NCBI GenBank assembly: GCA_037969015.1
Contig: JBBKWO010000057.1
Location: forward strand, 17,837-81,836
Direction: 5' to 3'
Source: Opitutaceae bacterium
GTDB lineage: Bacteria; Verrucomicrobiota; Verrucomicrobiia; Opitutales; Opitutaceae
DNA: 64,000 nt
This document shows, piece after piece, positions 53,301 to 61,082 of the stretch; the stretch's first letter is position 1, and every line of letters starts with the position of its first letter. The translations under genes were made by a program, and so were the position numbers. The notes under the pieces were generated by a model. That model did not search any database. It was not told where the DNA came from and was given only the letters and a program-made list of their open reading frames with translations.

Positions 53301-53522
53301 CTCGTGCGCATCAATGCAGAGGGTTACACGCTGCACCCGCTGGCCTTCGATTGGCCTGAAGGGGCAGATAAAAGAGCCCGCCGGTCGGGACATGACCCCC
53401 AAGTTTTGCATTACCCAAGTATTGATGCCAAAGGACTGATCTCCACTGATCACGGGCTGGTGATAACTGGACGAGCCATGCCCGGCTTCTGGTTTATCCC
53501 CAACGAAGAGCTCGCCCGGTAA
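50307..53522 (+). CDS. Large secreted hypothetical protein (1071 aa)
   Basis: The signal peptide is MPRLSALLLFSLTIIGLIPAGRA. The N-terminal modules carry the pattern ...VSLAGLHFVTDSPENRSAERTINLILTARLQARGAIVLERWRMRDLVFEKSL. This is reminiscent of CsgG / LpoB / TolB-N-like envelope domains. A helical middle section and a beta-rich C-terminal third follow. I cannot assign a confident family. Confidence 0.7.
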   Translation: MPRLSALLLFSLTIIGLIPAGRADPNLSSKTVERNIPIVALLVDNPDLEALLISELSDVTILSRADLPLLSTERLLAGERVDLVGATIAIIVDHSDNHGSVRMVDCSSAATVVALDFPTMPTAETAKWIVTRIRPLLDFNIAGDRALVSLAGLHFVTDSPENRSAERTINLILTARLQARGAIVLERWRMRDLVFEKSLRSEESPFWKTSELVDGSISTTEGRLQATVRIRDANGTQKLVQAEGDGPFALADKISALIIASPQPVGNKSGAPSEADAFLIEAHWMLDHGLPREGWQATEAALALGVGQRREAEMLRVRAAAMCAYPDDLKNSGYGQDGGYRVWAFKDFDFTTSVAAATEAVLLSGDYWIAYPPEVPSPRRELGDADSLGIRALYTGLRVLRGAHAFGWASDNTEAVRRLRDSIRRIMALMQDGPLGHQRTTFLIYLTNYAGYWSETPDEAVAFYRKVLSPDFDAGLVTWPEAIRGELAYSDLPHQPFLIGTAPKADFPFGSGSERVIARDEATARDAWAGFLDELARSPHALNRADSLALRWQSTADKNARIALVERMAVFMSENVETLSGPLGYAIFCQFREPFRHAGRSTDFMAGQQSAIDAYVALIRAESPVSPTILSSIWVLFENSNVNITDAQGRAILAALDVRQSRGALSTGYLAGIDDARSSIWERLPALRPVENMEGALVARSLWIAAEHCPKDLRGQVGFSPDAAVWREGFLWVLDPRQGRLWQIDPQSGDASVHSAENRPKPDYESQLVPWGRRFAITAERGVWVLDQAKGHWVRLDLPTARYQIGVAHGDLWAASGEREMAGRVKQTEGNTLYRISPELTCELIVSSRRRPPVHPLDTALAGEPFSVSPSGNDGVLIGSFGERWLFQDSGSGIPLKPLEERFVGNIEVTSNPELIVRHVHQAGDRNRLVGIEQLNASGAERLISHPSRDRRGPARFVYPQELDDLPATKHVAAWHNNALYVLAWSSRGSPWGASEAWLVRINAEGYTLHPLAFDWPEGADKRARRSGHDPQVLHYPSIDAKGLISTDHGLVITGRAMPGFWFIPNEELAR

Positions 53523-53670
53523 AAAGCCCCGACGGCCAAAACCCAAAAGCCCGATAGCCAGAAGGAGCCGGGCACCTGCAATCCACCGGTTGAAATGCCG
53601 TTGTCGCCACGGCCAATCCGTGGATTGATTGAGACGCGCCCAGGACAGCCCAGCATGGACGCGTCTCGCC

Positions 53671-55839
53671 ATGGCCACCCCTCCAGCCTGCCAGCCAGCC
53701 TTTGCCCCCAACTTGGTTTCAGGTGCACTGACCGCGTTTGTCACCCTCGCCTACGCGAGCAGTTTTGCGCAGCTGATCTTTGGCGGCGACCTTGAGCCTT
53801 ATGTCGGCCTGGCCCTGCTCGCGGCGCTGATCGGCAGTGTCGTAATCATGTTCACCTTGTCGCTGCGCACTTCCATGTTCTTCAGCATCGGCAGCCCCGA
53901 CGCCAACCCGTCGGCGATCATCGCGGCCACCCTGGCGATTCTCTCGACCCAGATTATCACCGGGGAGGGAGCCAATTCACCACACCTGCTGCCCACGGTA
54001 TTGATGTTTGTCTTTATGTCCTCACTCGGTTGCGGACTCATCATCTACGGCATGGGCGAGCGCGGCTGGGGGCGTTACGTGCGCTACATGCCCTACCCCG
54101 TGGTCGGCGGCTTCCTCGCCGGCACCGGCTACCTGCTGCTGCGCGGCGCCTACCGCATGCTCACCGGCGCACGTCCGGCTTCGGATATGCTCGAACGACT
54201 CGGTAACCAGCACCCGCTCGCGCTGGCCACCGCCGGTATCGTCGCGGCGACACTGTTTATCCTGACCCGCCGCATCCGCCACTACCTGGTCATTCCCGTG
54301 GTGATCGTCATTGCCGTGGCGGTTTTTCACGGCGCTCGAATCGCACTCGGTTTCGACCTGATCGCCGCCCGTGACGCGGGGTTTTTACTCAGCCCACTGC
54401 GGCTCGGAGACTGGAGTTATGTCGGGCACTTTGATTACCGCGAAGTGCGTTGGGACCTCATGCTTTTTCACGCCAAGGACTTCATCGCCATGACCATCGT
54501 GGTAGCCATCAGCACTCTGCTCAACACCACCAGTCTCGAAGTCGCCACCGAACGCGAAGCCGACGCCGATCAGGAACTCCGCGCACTCGGCCTCGGCAAT
54601 ATCTTTGCGGGTCTGGCCGGCGGCATGGTCGGCGTCACGTCCTTCAACCGCAGCCTGCTCAATGTGCAAGCCGGGGCCACCTCCGGCTGGTCGGCACGCA
54701 TTGCCGCGCTGCTGGTCGCGACCATCATGCTACTTTCGCCCGGCTCGGTCGGGCTGTTGCCCAAACCCGTGCTCACCGGCCTGATCGCCTACCTCGGCGT
54801 CAACCTGTTGGTGACCTGGGCCATCGAGTCGCGCCGCCGCATGCTGCCGGTCGACCACCTCATCGTGGTGGCCATTCTCGGCGCCATCGCGCTGTTCGGC
54901 GTGGTGGCCGGCGTGGTGCTGGGCATCGTGATCACCTGCCTGAGCTTCATCGTTGGACTGAGCCGGAGCCCAACGATCAAATACGCGTTCACCGCCGGAA
55001 ACCGCCGATCCAACGTCGAACGTCCCGCCGAGCACCTCGACTACCTGCGCACCCAGGGGGACGCACTTCACGGCTTCGTGCTGCAGGGTGTGCTGTTTTT
55101 CGGCACTGCCAACGCCGTGCTGGAGCGCATCCGCGGCACCCTGAGCCAAACCCGTTTCGCGTTGCTCGATTTTCACCTTGTGCACGACGTCGACGGGTCT
55201 TCCACGCTCGTCCTTTCCAAGCTGCAAAAGCTCTGCCGCGACGCACAAATCGAGCTTATCTTCACCGGCCTCCATCCCGAGGTGGAGCACGTTCTGCGGC
55301 GCAACGCGTTCGATCTCGACCAAGCCGGACTGCATCGCTTCGAGGATCTGGATCACGGTCTGGAATGGTGCGAAGACGCGCTGATCGCTGGATCCTCCGG
55401 ACTGGCCGGACTGACCACGCACTTCAGTGAATCATTGTCGGACGACGATCTGAGCCTGCTCAACACCAGCTTTGAACACATCACCCTGCGTCCGGGCGAA
55501 AACCTCGTCACTCAGGGCGAAGCCAGCGACGCCATGTTCATCATCGAGACCGGCCGCCTGAGCGTGAGCCTGCACCTCGACACCAACGGTGCGAGTAAAC
55601 GCCTGAGGGCCTACGGACCCGGCACGGTGGTCGGCGAGATGGGCCTCTACACCCAATCTCCCCGCAGCGCCGACATCATCGCGGACGAAGACACCCGCCT
55701 GATCAAACTGACCACCGAGCGCGTCGCCGCGTTGGAACGCGACCATCCCGCACTCGCGTTAAAACTCCATCGTCACGTCGTCCGCACCCTTGCTGCCCGC
55801 CTGCAGTCGGCCAACGAAGAGGTGCGGCTGATGTCGTGA
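53671..55839 (+). CDS. SulP-family anion transporter fused to STAS and cyclic-nucleotide-binding domains
   Basis: A polytopic SulP core is followed by a STAS region (LLDFHLVHDVDGSSTLVL). The C-terminal cNMP-binding motif is FIIETGRLSVSL...GPGTVVGEMGLY...RSADIIA. The ATG is at 53671; the track start at 53629 is a TTG. Confidence 0.85.
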   Translation: MATPPACQPAFAPNLVSGALTAFVTLAYASSFAQLIFGGDLEPYVGLALLAALIGSVVIMFTLSLRTSMFFSIGSPDANPSAIIAATLAILSTQIITGEGANSPHLLPTVLMFVFMSSLGCGLIIYGMGERGWGRYVRYMPYPVVGGFLAGTGYLLLRGAYRMLTGARPASDMLERLGNQHPLALATAGIVAATLFILTRRIRHYLVIPVVIVIAVAVFHGARIALGFDLIAARDAGFLLSPLRLGDWSYVGHFDYREVRWDLMLFHAKDFIAMTIVVAISTLLNTTSLEVATEREADADQELRALGLGNIFAGLAGGMVGVTSFNRSLLNVQAGATSGWSARIAALLVATIMLLSPGSVGLLPKPVLTGLIAYLGVNLLVTWAIESRRRMLPVDHLIVVAILGAIALFGVVAGVVLGIVITCLSFIVGLSRSPTIKYAFTAGNRRSNVERPAEHLDYLRTQGDALHGFVLQGVLFFGTANAVLERIRGTLSQTRFALLDFHLVHDVDGSSTLVLSKLQKLCRDAQIELIFTGLHPEVEHVLRRNAFDLDQAGLHRFEDLDHGLEWCEDALIAGSSGLAGLTTHFSESLSDDDLSLLNTSFEHITLRPGENLVTQGEASDAMFIIETGRLSVSLHLDTNGASKRLRAYGPGTVVGEMGLYTQSPRSADIIADEDTRLIKLTTERVAALERDHPALALKLHRHVVRTLAARLQSANEEVRLMS

Positions 55840-55894
55840 GTGATGGAAAATACGCTGCCTTGGCATGCGGCGCTATTCCGATCATTTATCGGCG

Positions 55895-56140
55895 ATGGTC
55901 CAAAGCTCTTCGAGCAAGCTGTTTTTGTTCTCCGGTCTGTTTGCTCTGCTCTTCCTGATCCAGCTGGGCACGGGAAACCTGCTTTTCACCTCCAAACAAT
56001 CGGGCATCCGCAAGCCGATCATCACCAAGGAGGACAACGTGGAAGGCTATTGGCTGGCCCAGGGCTTTATCTTAGGCAGTTCGGCCTTCGCCCTCGTCGC
56101 CGGCTGGGTTGTGCGCCGCCGGGAATTGTCGGAGGACTGA
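55895..56140 (+). CDS. Small membrane protein (about 81 aa, two TM helices)
   Basis: The hydrophobic segments are LFLFSGLFALLFLIQLG and GFILGSSAFALVAGWVV. An alternative ATG lies at 55865. Confidence 0.45.
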   Translation: MVQSSSSKLFLFSGLFALLFLIQLGTGNLLFTSKQSGIRKPIITKEDNVEGYWLAQGFILGSSAFALVAGWVVRRRELSED

Positions 56141-56147
56141 GAACGAT

Positions 56148-56480
56148 TTACCGGCGCTGACGGCGACGATTCGCTTCCTGTTTCGCGAAGGTCGGCAACA
56201 GACGCGCGTTCATGTAATCAAACGCCGTGGCCAATCCGTCGCGTTGATAAACCAGTCCGATCTCCGCCTCGACCCGTGTGGGCCGGGCGATGCCTTGCAG
56301 ATATTCGTTGGCGGTCAGTTGGCGAAAAGCCGTCGTGTCGATGCCGCCGCGTTCGCGGAGCACACGTTCCCGCGCCCAGAGGCCGAGGACCGCGTCACCA
56401 ACCCAAGCCAGCTCCTGCTCCGCCGTCGGATCAGACGGTGGGGAAACGGGTTGGAAGACTTGGTCGGCTGACGACGACAT
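56148..56480 (-). CDS. Small RNase III-domain protein (Mini-III-like)
   Basis: ELAWVGDAVLGLWARERV matches the RNase III signature (E-x-L-x-x-L-G-D-A-x-L). The protein is 110 aa. Confidence 0.6.
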   Translation of the reverse strand: MSSSADQVFQPVSPPSDPTAEQELAWVGDAVLGLWARERVLRERGGIDTTAFRQLTANEYLQGIARPTRVEAEIGLVYQRDGLATAFDYMNARLLPTFAKQEANRRRQRR

Positions 56481-56502
56481 AGGGCAAAAATTCCGACTCA
56501 GA

Positions 56503-56596
56503 TTTTAACGCAGAAGCGCGAAGCTCGCAAAGGTATCGGAAAATCTATCGCTCATCTGGATCGAATCTCCGCGACCTTTGCGTCTTTGCGTTAAAA
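56503..56596. repeat. Long imperfect hairpin element (family B, copy 2) between the deoxyhypusine-synthase stop and the RNase III-like start
   Basis: The left arm TTTTAACGCAGAAGCGCGAAGCTCGCAAAGG pairs with the right arm CCTTTGCGTCTTTGCGTTAAAA. The interior shares CGCTCATCYGG...GATC with the copy at 25893-26026. Confidence 0.7.
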
Positions 56597-56618
56597 CTCC
56601 GAAACGTATCCTCAGGTC

Positions 56619-57665
56619 TTAGTTGCCCAAGACCCAAGCGAAGATCAACGGAGCCACGATGGTCGCGTCGCTTTCGACGATGAACTTCGGGGTCTTTTGG
56701 CCGAGCTTGCCCCAGGTGATCTTCTCGTTCGGCACCGCGCCGGAGTAGCTGCCGTAGGAGGTGGTCGAGTCGCTGATCTGGGAGAAGTAACCCCAGAGCG
56801 GCACGGTGGTGCGGCCAAGGTCTTGATGCAGCATCGGCACGACACAGATCGGGAAGTCACCAGCGATACCGCCGCCGATCTGGAAAAAGCCGATGGAGCC
56901 TTCGCCGGTTTTGAGCAGCTTGGCGGTCTTGGTATACCAGCCGGCCAACCAGGACATGTATTCGATGCCGGTGCGCACGGTGTGCACGTTCTTGATCTCA
57001 CCGGTGATGCAGCGGCCGGCGAACATGTTGGCGAGGGTGGAGTCTTCCCAGCCCGGGACGACGATCGGCAAGTTCGCCTCGCAGGCGGCCAGCATCCAGG
57101 AGTTCTTCGGGTCGATCTGGTAGTGTTTCTTCAACTTACCGGACCGGATGACCTTATACATGAACTCGTGCGGGAAGTAGCTTTCACCGGCCTTATCGGC
57201 GGCGATCCACTCCTCGGCAACTGCCGCCTCGATGCGACGCATGGCCTCGCCTTCGGGAATGCAGGTGTCGGTCACGCGGTTCATGTGACGGTCGAGCAGC
57301 TCTTGCTCGTCGGCAGCGGTGAGGTCGCGGTAGCCGGGAACGCGCTCGTAGTAGTCGTGGGCGACGAGGTTAAAGATGTCCTCTTCGAGGTTGGCGCCGG
57401 TGCAGACGATGGCGTGGACCTTGCCCGCGCGGATCATGTCGGCAAGGGAGAGACCGAGCTCGGCGGTGGACATGGCACCGGCGAGGGTGACGAGCATCTT
57501 GCCGCCGGCCTTGAGGTGATCCTCGTAACCCTTGGCGGAATCGAGCAGGGCGGCGGCGTTGAAGTGCCGGTAGTGGTGCGCGATGAACTTGGAGATCGGG
57601 CCTTTTTTGGCGGCGAGCTTGGCGTTGATGTCTTCAGGGCGTTTCTGGAGCTTGGCTTTCTTCAT
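56619..57665 (-). CDS. Deoxyhypusine synthase family protein (possibly homospermidine synthase-like)
   Basis: VTLAGAMSTAELG, AIVCTGANLEEDIFNLV and QIGGGIAGDFPICVVP are DHS motifs. The ATG is at rc 57663-57665, with an alternative GTG at 57710. Confidence 0.85.
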   Translation of the reverse strand: MKKAKLQKRPEDINAKLAAKKGPISKFIAHHYRHFNAAALLDSAKGYEDHLKAGGKMLVTLAGAMSTAELGLSLADMIRAGKVHAIVCTGANLEEDIFNLVAHDYYERVPGYRDLTAADEQELLDRHMNRVTDTCIPEGEAMRRIEAAVAEEWIAADKAGESYFPHEFMYKVIRSGKLKKHYQIDPKNSWMLAACEANLPIVVPGWEDSTLANMFAGRCITGEIKNVHTVRTGIEYMSWLAGWYTKTAKLLKTGEGSIGFFQIGGGIAGDFPICVVPMLHQDLGRTTVPLWGYFSQISDSTTSYGSYSGAVPNEKITWGKLGQKTPKFIVESDATIVAPLIFAWVLGN

Positions 57666-57866
57666 AAAATCAAGCCCCAGACTTACAGCGTCCCGGAAAG
57701 CCGACGCCACAAAAATCCGGTTGTCGCCGATTTGTTACCTAGGAAGGGCCGAGCGACCGCCGCGGCCCTGCTGAAAACAGTCCCTCGCCCAGTAAACGCC
57801 GTCATAGCCCCCATCAGGATGAGACGTTGACCCTTGGCACGGCCCCCGCTTGGTTGAGTGGTTTAC

Positions 57867-59738
57867 ATGCTGACTATCGCCGACGTTTCCAAGTCCTACG
57901 GCACCCGCGAATTGTTTTCCGAGGTATCGCTCTTTATTTCCCGCAACGACCGTCTCGGCCTGATCGGGGCCAACGGCGCGGGCAAATCCACCCTGTTCGG
58001 CCTGATCCTCGGCGAGGAAAAACCCGACACCGGCACCATCGAATGGGAGCGCGGCGCCGACTTCGGCTACCTCCCCCAGGAAAGCGCGCCCGCCGGCGAC
58101 GAAACCATCCTGCACATCGCCACCAGCGGCAAACAGCTGGAGCCCACCGAGGACAACTACGACATCGACTACACCCTCGAACCCCGCGCCCGCAAAATCC
58201 TCGACGGTCTCGGCTTCAAACAGGACGACGCCGACAAACTCGCCAAGAGCTTCTCCGGTGGTTGGGTCATGCGCGCCCACCTCGCCCGCCTGCTCGTCGC
58301 CGAGCCCGCCCTCCTCCTGCTCGACGAACCGACGAACCATCTCGATCTGGAAGCCCTGCTCTGGTTCCAAGAATACCTGACCCGCTACCCGGGCGGCCTC
58401 GTGGTCATCTCCCACGACCGTGCCTTCCTCAACGCCCTCTGCACCGGCATGCTCGAGCTGCGCTCCGGCACCCTGCACTACTACGACGGCAACTACGACC
58501 GCTTCCTTGTCGAAAAAGAGGCCCGCAAATCCCAGCAGGCCGCCGCCTTCAAAAATCAACAGCGCGAGATCGCCCACCTTCAAGTCTTCGTCGACCGCTT
58601 CGGCGCCAAGGCCTCCATGGCCTCCCGCGCCAAGTCCAAGGAAAAACAGATCCAACGCCTCAAGGACGTCGCCGTCGACGAACCCACCGAGGAGTTGCGC
58701 AAAATGAACTTCAAGTTCCCGCAGCCCCCGCGCTCCGGACTCAAGGTCGTTGATCTCCAGCACATCGAGCAGGCCTACGGCGACCACGTCGTCTACGAAG
58801 ACCTCAACTTCCAGGCCGAACGCGGTCAGGGCATCGTGCTCATCGGCCCCAACGGCGCCGGCAAATCCACGCTCCTCAAAATCCTCGCCGGCGTCCTCCC
58901 CTTCCAGGCCGGCACCCGCGAACTCGGCAGCAACGTTGTCCCCGGTTACTTCGCCCAAAACCGTCTCGATAACCTCAACGCCGAAGCGACGGTGTTCGAG
59001 AACGTGATGGAGCTGCGCACCAACGAAAACCAGCTCACCGAACAACAGGCCCGCGCCATTCTCGGCGCCTTCCTCTTCCGCAAGGACGACGTGCACAAAC
59101 CCGTCTCCGTGCTCTCCGGTGGTGAGAAAACCCGCCTCGCCCTCGCCCGCCTGCTCGTCCGTCCGCCCAACCTCCTCCTCATGGACGAGCCCACGACGCA
59201 CTTGGACATCCAGTCGATCGACGCGCTCGTCATGGCTCTGCGCGCCTACGAAGGCACCTTGATCTTCATCTCCCACGACGTGCATTTCATCAAGGCCCTC
59301 GCGAAAAACGTGCTCCACGTTCACAGCGGCAAGCTCACCGCCTACGCCGGCGACTACGACTACTTCTTGGAAAAATCCAAAGCCGGCGACGCCCGCGCCG
59401 CGCTCACCTCCGGCCTCTCCGACAACCGCCCCAAGCAGGCCGCGCCTGCTCCCAAGCCCCAGGCCACCAGCGACAAAAAGAGCAGCGGCGCCGGCCAGCT
59501 CTCGCAAAGCGAAATCCGGAAACTCCGCTCCGAAGTCGAACGCCTCGAAGCCGAGGTCACTCAACTGGAAGAAAAACAGTCCGAGATCACCTCCGCCCTG
59601 GAGGCCCCCGAGACCTACGCCGACAAGGGCAAGTTCCACCACCTCAACATCGAGCTGAGCACCATCGTCGACCAACTCCAACAGGCCACCGCCGCCTGGG
59701 AAAAAGCCGTCGAAAAACTCACCGCCGCCGAGAGCTGA
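57867..59738 (+). CDS. ABC-F family ATPase (two ABC cassettes, no TM domain)
   Basis: The motifs are GLIGANGAGKST, LSGGWVMRAHLARLL, LLLLDEPTNHLD, GPNGAGKSTLL and LSGGEKTRLALARLL. A coiled-coil C-terminus is present. Confidence 0.92.
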   Translation: MLTIADVSKSYGTRELFSEVSLFISRNDRLGLIGANGAGKSTLFGLILGEEKPDTGTIEWERGADFGYLPQESAPAGDETILHIATSGKQLEPTEDNYDIDYTLEPRARKILDGLGFKQDDADKLAKSFSGGWVMRAHLARLLVAEPALLLLDEPTNHLDLEALLWFQEYLTRYPGGLVVISHDRAFLNALCTGMLELRSGTLHYYDGNYDRFLVEKEARKSQQAAAFKNQQREIAHLQVFVDRFGAKASMASRAKSKEKQIQRLKDVAVDEPTEELRKMNFKFPQPPRSGLKVVDLQHIEQAYGDHVVYEDLNFQAERGQGIVLIGPNGAGKSTLLKILAGVLPFQAGTRELGSNVVPGYFAQNRLDNLNAEATVFENVMELRTNENQLTEQQARAILGAFLFRKDDVHKPVSVLSGGEKTRLALARLLVRPPNLLLMDEPTTHLDIQSIDALVMALRAYEGTLIFISHDVHFIKALAKNVLHVHSGKLTAYAGDYDYFLEKSKAGDARAALTSGLSDNRPKQAAPAPKPQATSDKKSSGAGQLSQSEIRKLRSEVERLEAEVTQLEEKQSEITSALEAPETYADKGKFHHLNIELSTIVDQLQQATAAWEKAVEKLTAAES

Positions 59739-59748
59739 GGACCCCTCC

Positions 59749-59843
59749 GAAGTTGTAGCCACGGCCGTCCCCGGCCGTGTTCCGGAAGCGACGTCAAACG
59801 TAGCCTCACGCCAAATACGCCCTCGGGGACGGGGCGGCTACAT
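59749..59843. repeat. REP-like GC-rich palindromic element (family A, copy 2)
   Basis: The sequence is GAAGTTGTAGCCACGGCCGTCCCCGGCCGTGT...GGGGACGGGGCGGCTACATC. It fills the gap between the convergent ABC-F and methyltransferase stops. Confidence 0.85.
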
Positions 59844-60553
59844 CACTTTCGCAGCACCAGCATCGTGCCGCTGCCGACGAAGAACCGGTGCTCAACCGAC
59901 CGCACCTCCACTTCAATGCCGAGCGCAGCCAACTCCACGCGCAGCCGCTGATGTTCGTAATACGAACATCCATCAGAACCACAAACAGGGTAGATGCGCA
60001 CCTCGCCGCGACTCACGCGCACCAGCTCGCGGCAGGCCGCCAAGTGAAAATTAAAGTCGAGCTGCTTGGCGTAGATGAACAGCAGGTGCGCACACAGCAC
60101 CGTATCGAAAGCGCCGTCCTCAAACGGCAGGTCCGGCAACGCACCGCCGACATAACGGCCATGCACAAAGTGCTGCTCGTAGTCTTCGACAAATACGCGT
60201 GCCGATTCGCGGCGGGAGCCGACCGCCTCGTCGATCGAGCCAAACGTGCCGCGTTGAAACAACTCCGGTTTGCGTCGCATTTCCGCGGCCACCCGGCGGT
60301 GGTCGATCAACGCATGCGTGGCCAACGCATCCGCCGTCAACCCGTAGAGCGGATCAACCGCCGTCGCGTCGACTCCACGCGCATTAGCCCCGGCGGTAAA
60401 CGCCGACGGACCGGCGGCGACATCTAGCACCCGTCGCCCTCGCAGCGCGTCGGCATCGAGTGCGAACATGGAACAGTATTCGTTAAATTCGCGCCCAAAG
60501 AACGCGATGGATGACAGGGAAAAGGAGGGAAGAACGGAAGAAACAGCGTGCAT
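59843..60553 (-). CDS. Class I SAM-dependent methyltransferase
   Basis: Motif I is RVLDVAAGPSAF and the post-I acidic residue lies in VDATAVDP. The protein is 236 aa. Confidence 0.7.
   Translation of the reverse strand: MHAVSSVLPSFSLSSIAFFGREFNEYCSMFALDADALRGRRVLDVAAGPSAFTAGANARGVDATAVDPLYGLTADALATHALIDHRRVAAEMRRKPELFQRGTFGSIDEAVGSRRESARVFVEDYEQHFVHGRYVGGALPDLPFEDGAFDTVLCAHLLFIYAKQLDFNFHLAACRELVRVSRGEVRIYPVCGSDGCSYYEHQRLRVELAALGIEVEVRSVEHRFFVGSGTMLVLRK
59950..59970. repeat. Third copy of the AT-rich palindrome, inside the methyltransferase ORF
   Basis: GATGTTCGTA-A-TACGAACATC is a perfect 10-1-10 palindrome. On the coding strand it is read as ...DGCSYYEHQ..., a different frame from the VRNTNI reading in the carboxylase. 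Confidence 0.9.
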
Positions 60554-60703
60554 GAGAATATGAAATCAAAGGTTGGTTTAGGTGGAACGTGTTGTCCTCA
60601 ACACGTTCGGTTCGGGTGACCCGTGCGCCTTGGGCAGGAACCCGATGGGCGCTAACCCGCCGGCATTAAATGCCGCGCCCTTGCGGGCCGACCATGTCGG
60701 GGT

Positions 60704-60732
60704 AAAAAAACCCGGCTCGGATTTGAGTCGGG
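60704..60732 (-). terminator. Intrinsic-terminator-like hairpin inside the 0.5-kb non-coding gap
   Basis: The minus strand reads CCCGACTC-AAATCC-GAGCCGGG (one mismatch) followed by TTTTTTT. Confidence 0.5.
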
Positions 60733-61082
60733 TTCGGAAAACGTGAAGATGGTTTTGGTCGCAAGACCGTGCGCTCAATCGAGCGTCACCATCGCCACGT
60801 CAGGCCACGCCACCAGCCCGCACCGGCGTTACCGGCGACAACATGGAAGGACTGCGTGGTGGATTTCATCTGCCGAAACCATGAGGCCGTCCATCGCGTC
60901 AGACAAGCGTTCAGATCACTTTAGATCGGTTCAAAGAAAACCATAGAGCACTTCAACTAGAGATGAAGCCACTCCGTCCGAGGTAGACAGCCTACCTGCA
61001 AAAAGGCGCTCTGGTTTACTCCCATAATTGAACCCCGGATACGCCCAACCCCGGGGCAAGCCGCGGGCTTACTGCGCGTGCC

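Noticed and set aside
57735-59762. A 675-aa minus-strand ORF opposite the ABC-F gene.
   Set aside because: It is a Gly/Ala/Val/Glu-rich shadow ORF. The plus strand carries two complete ABC cassettes with Walker A, signature and Walker B motifs.
60554-61082. A tmRNA or RNase P RNA gene on the minus strand.
   Set aside because: The length (about 370 nt) and the GGGG start are suggestive. There is no acceptor-stem complement with a T-arm-CCA 3-prime end and no ...ALAA-type tag ORF. There is also no RNase P GAGGAAAGUCC / ACAGAA-CCGGCUUA P4 block.
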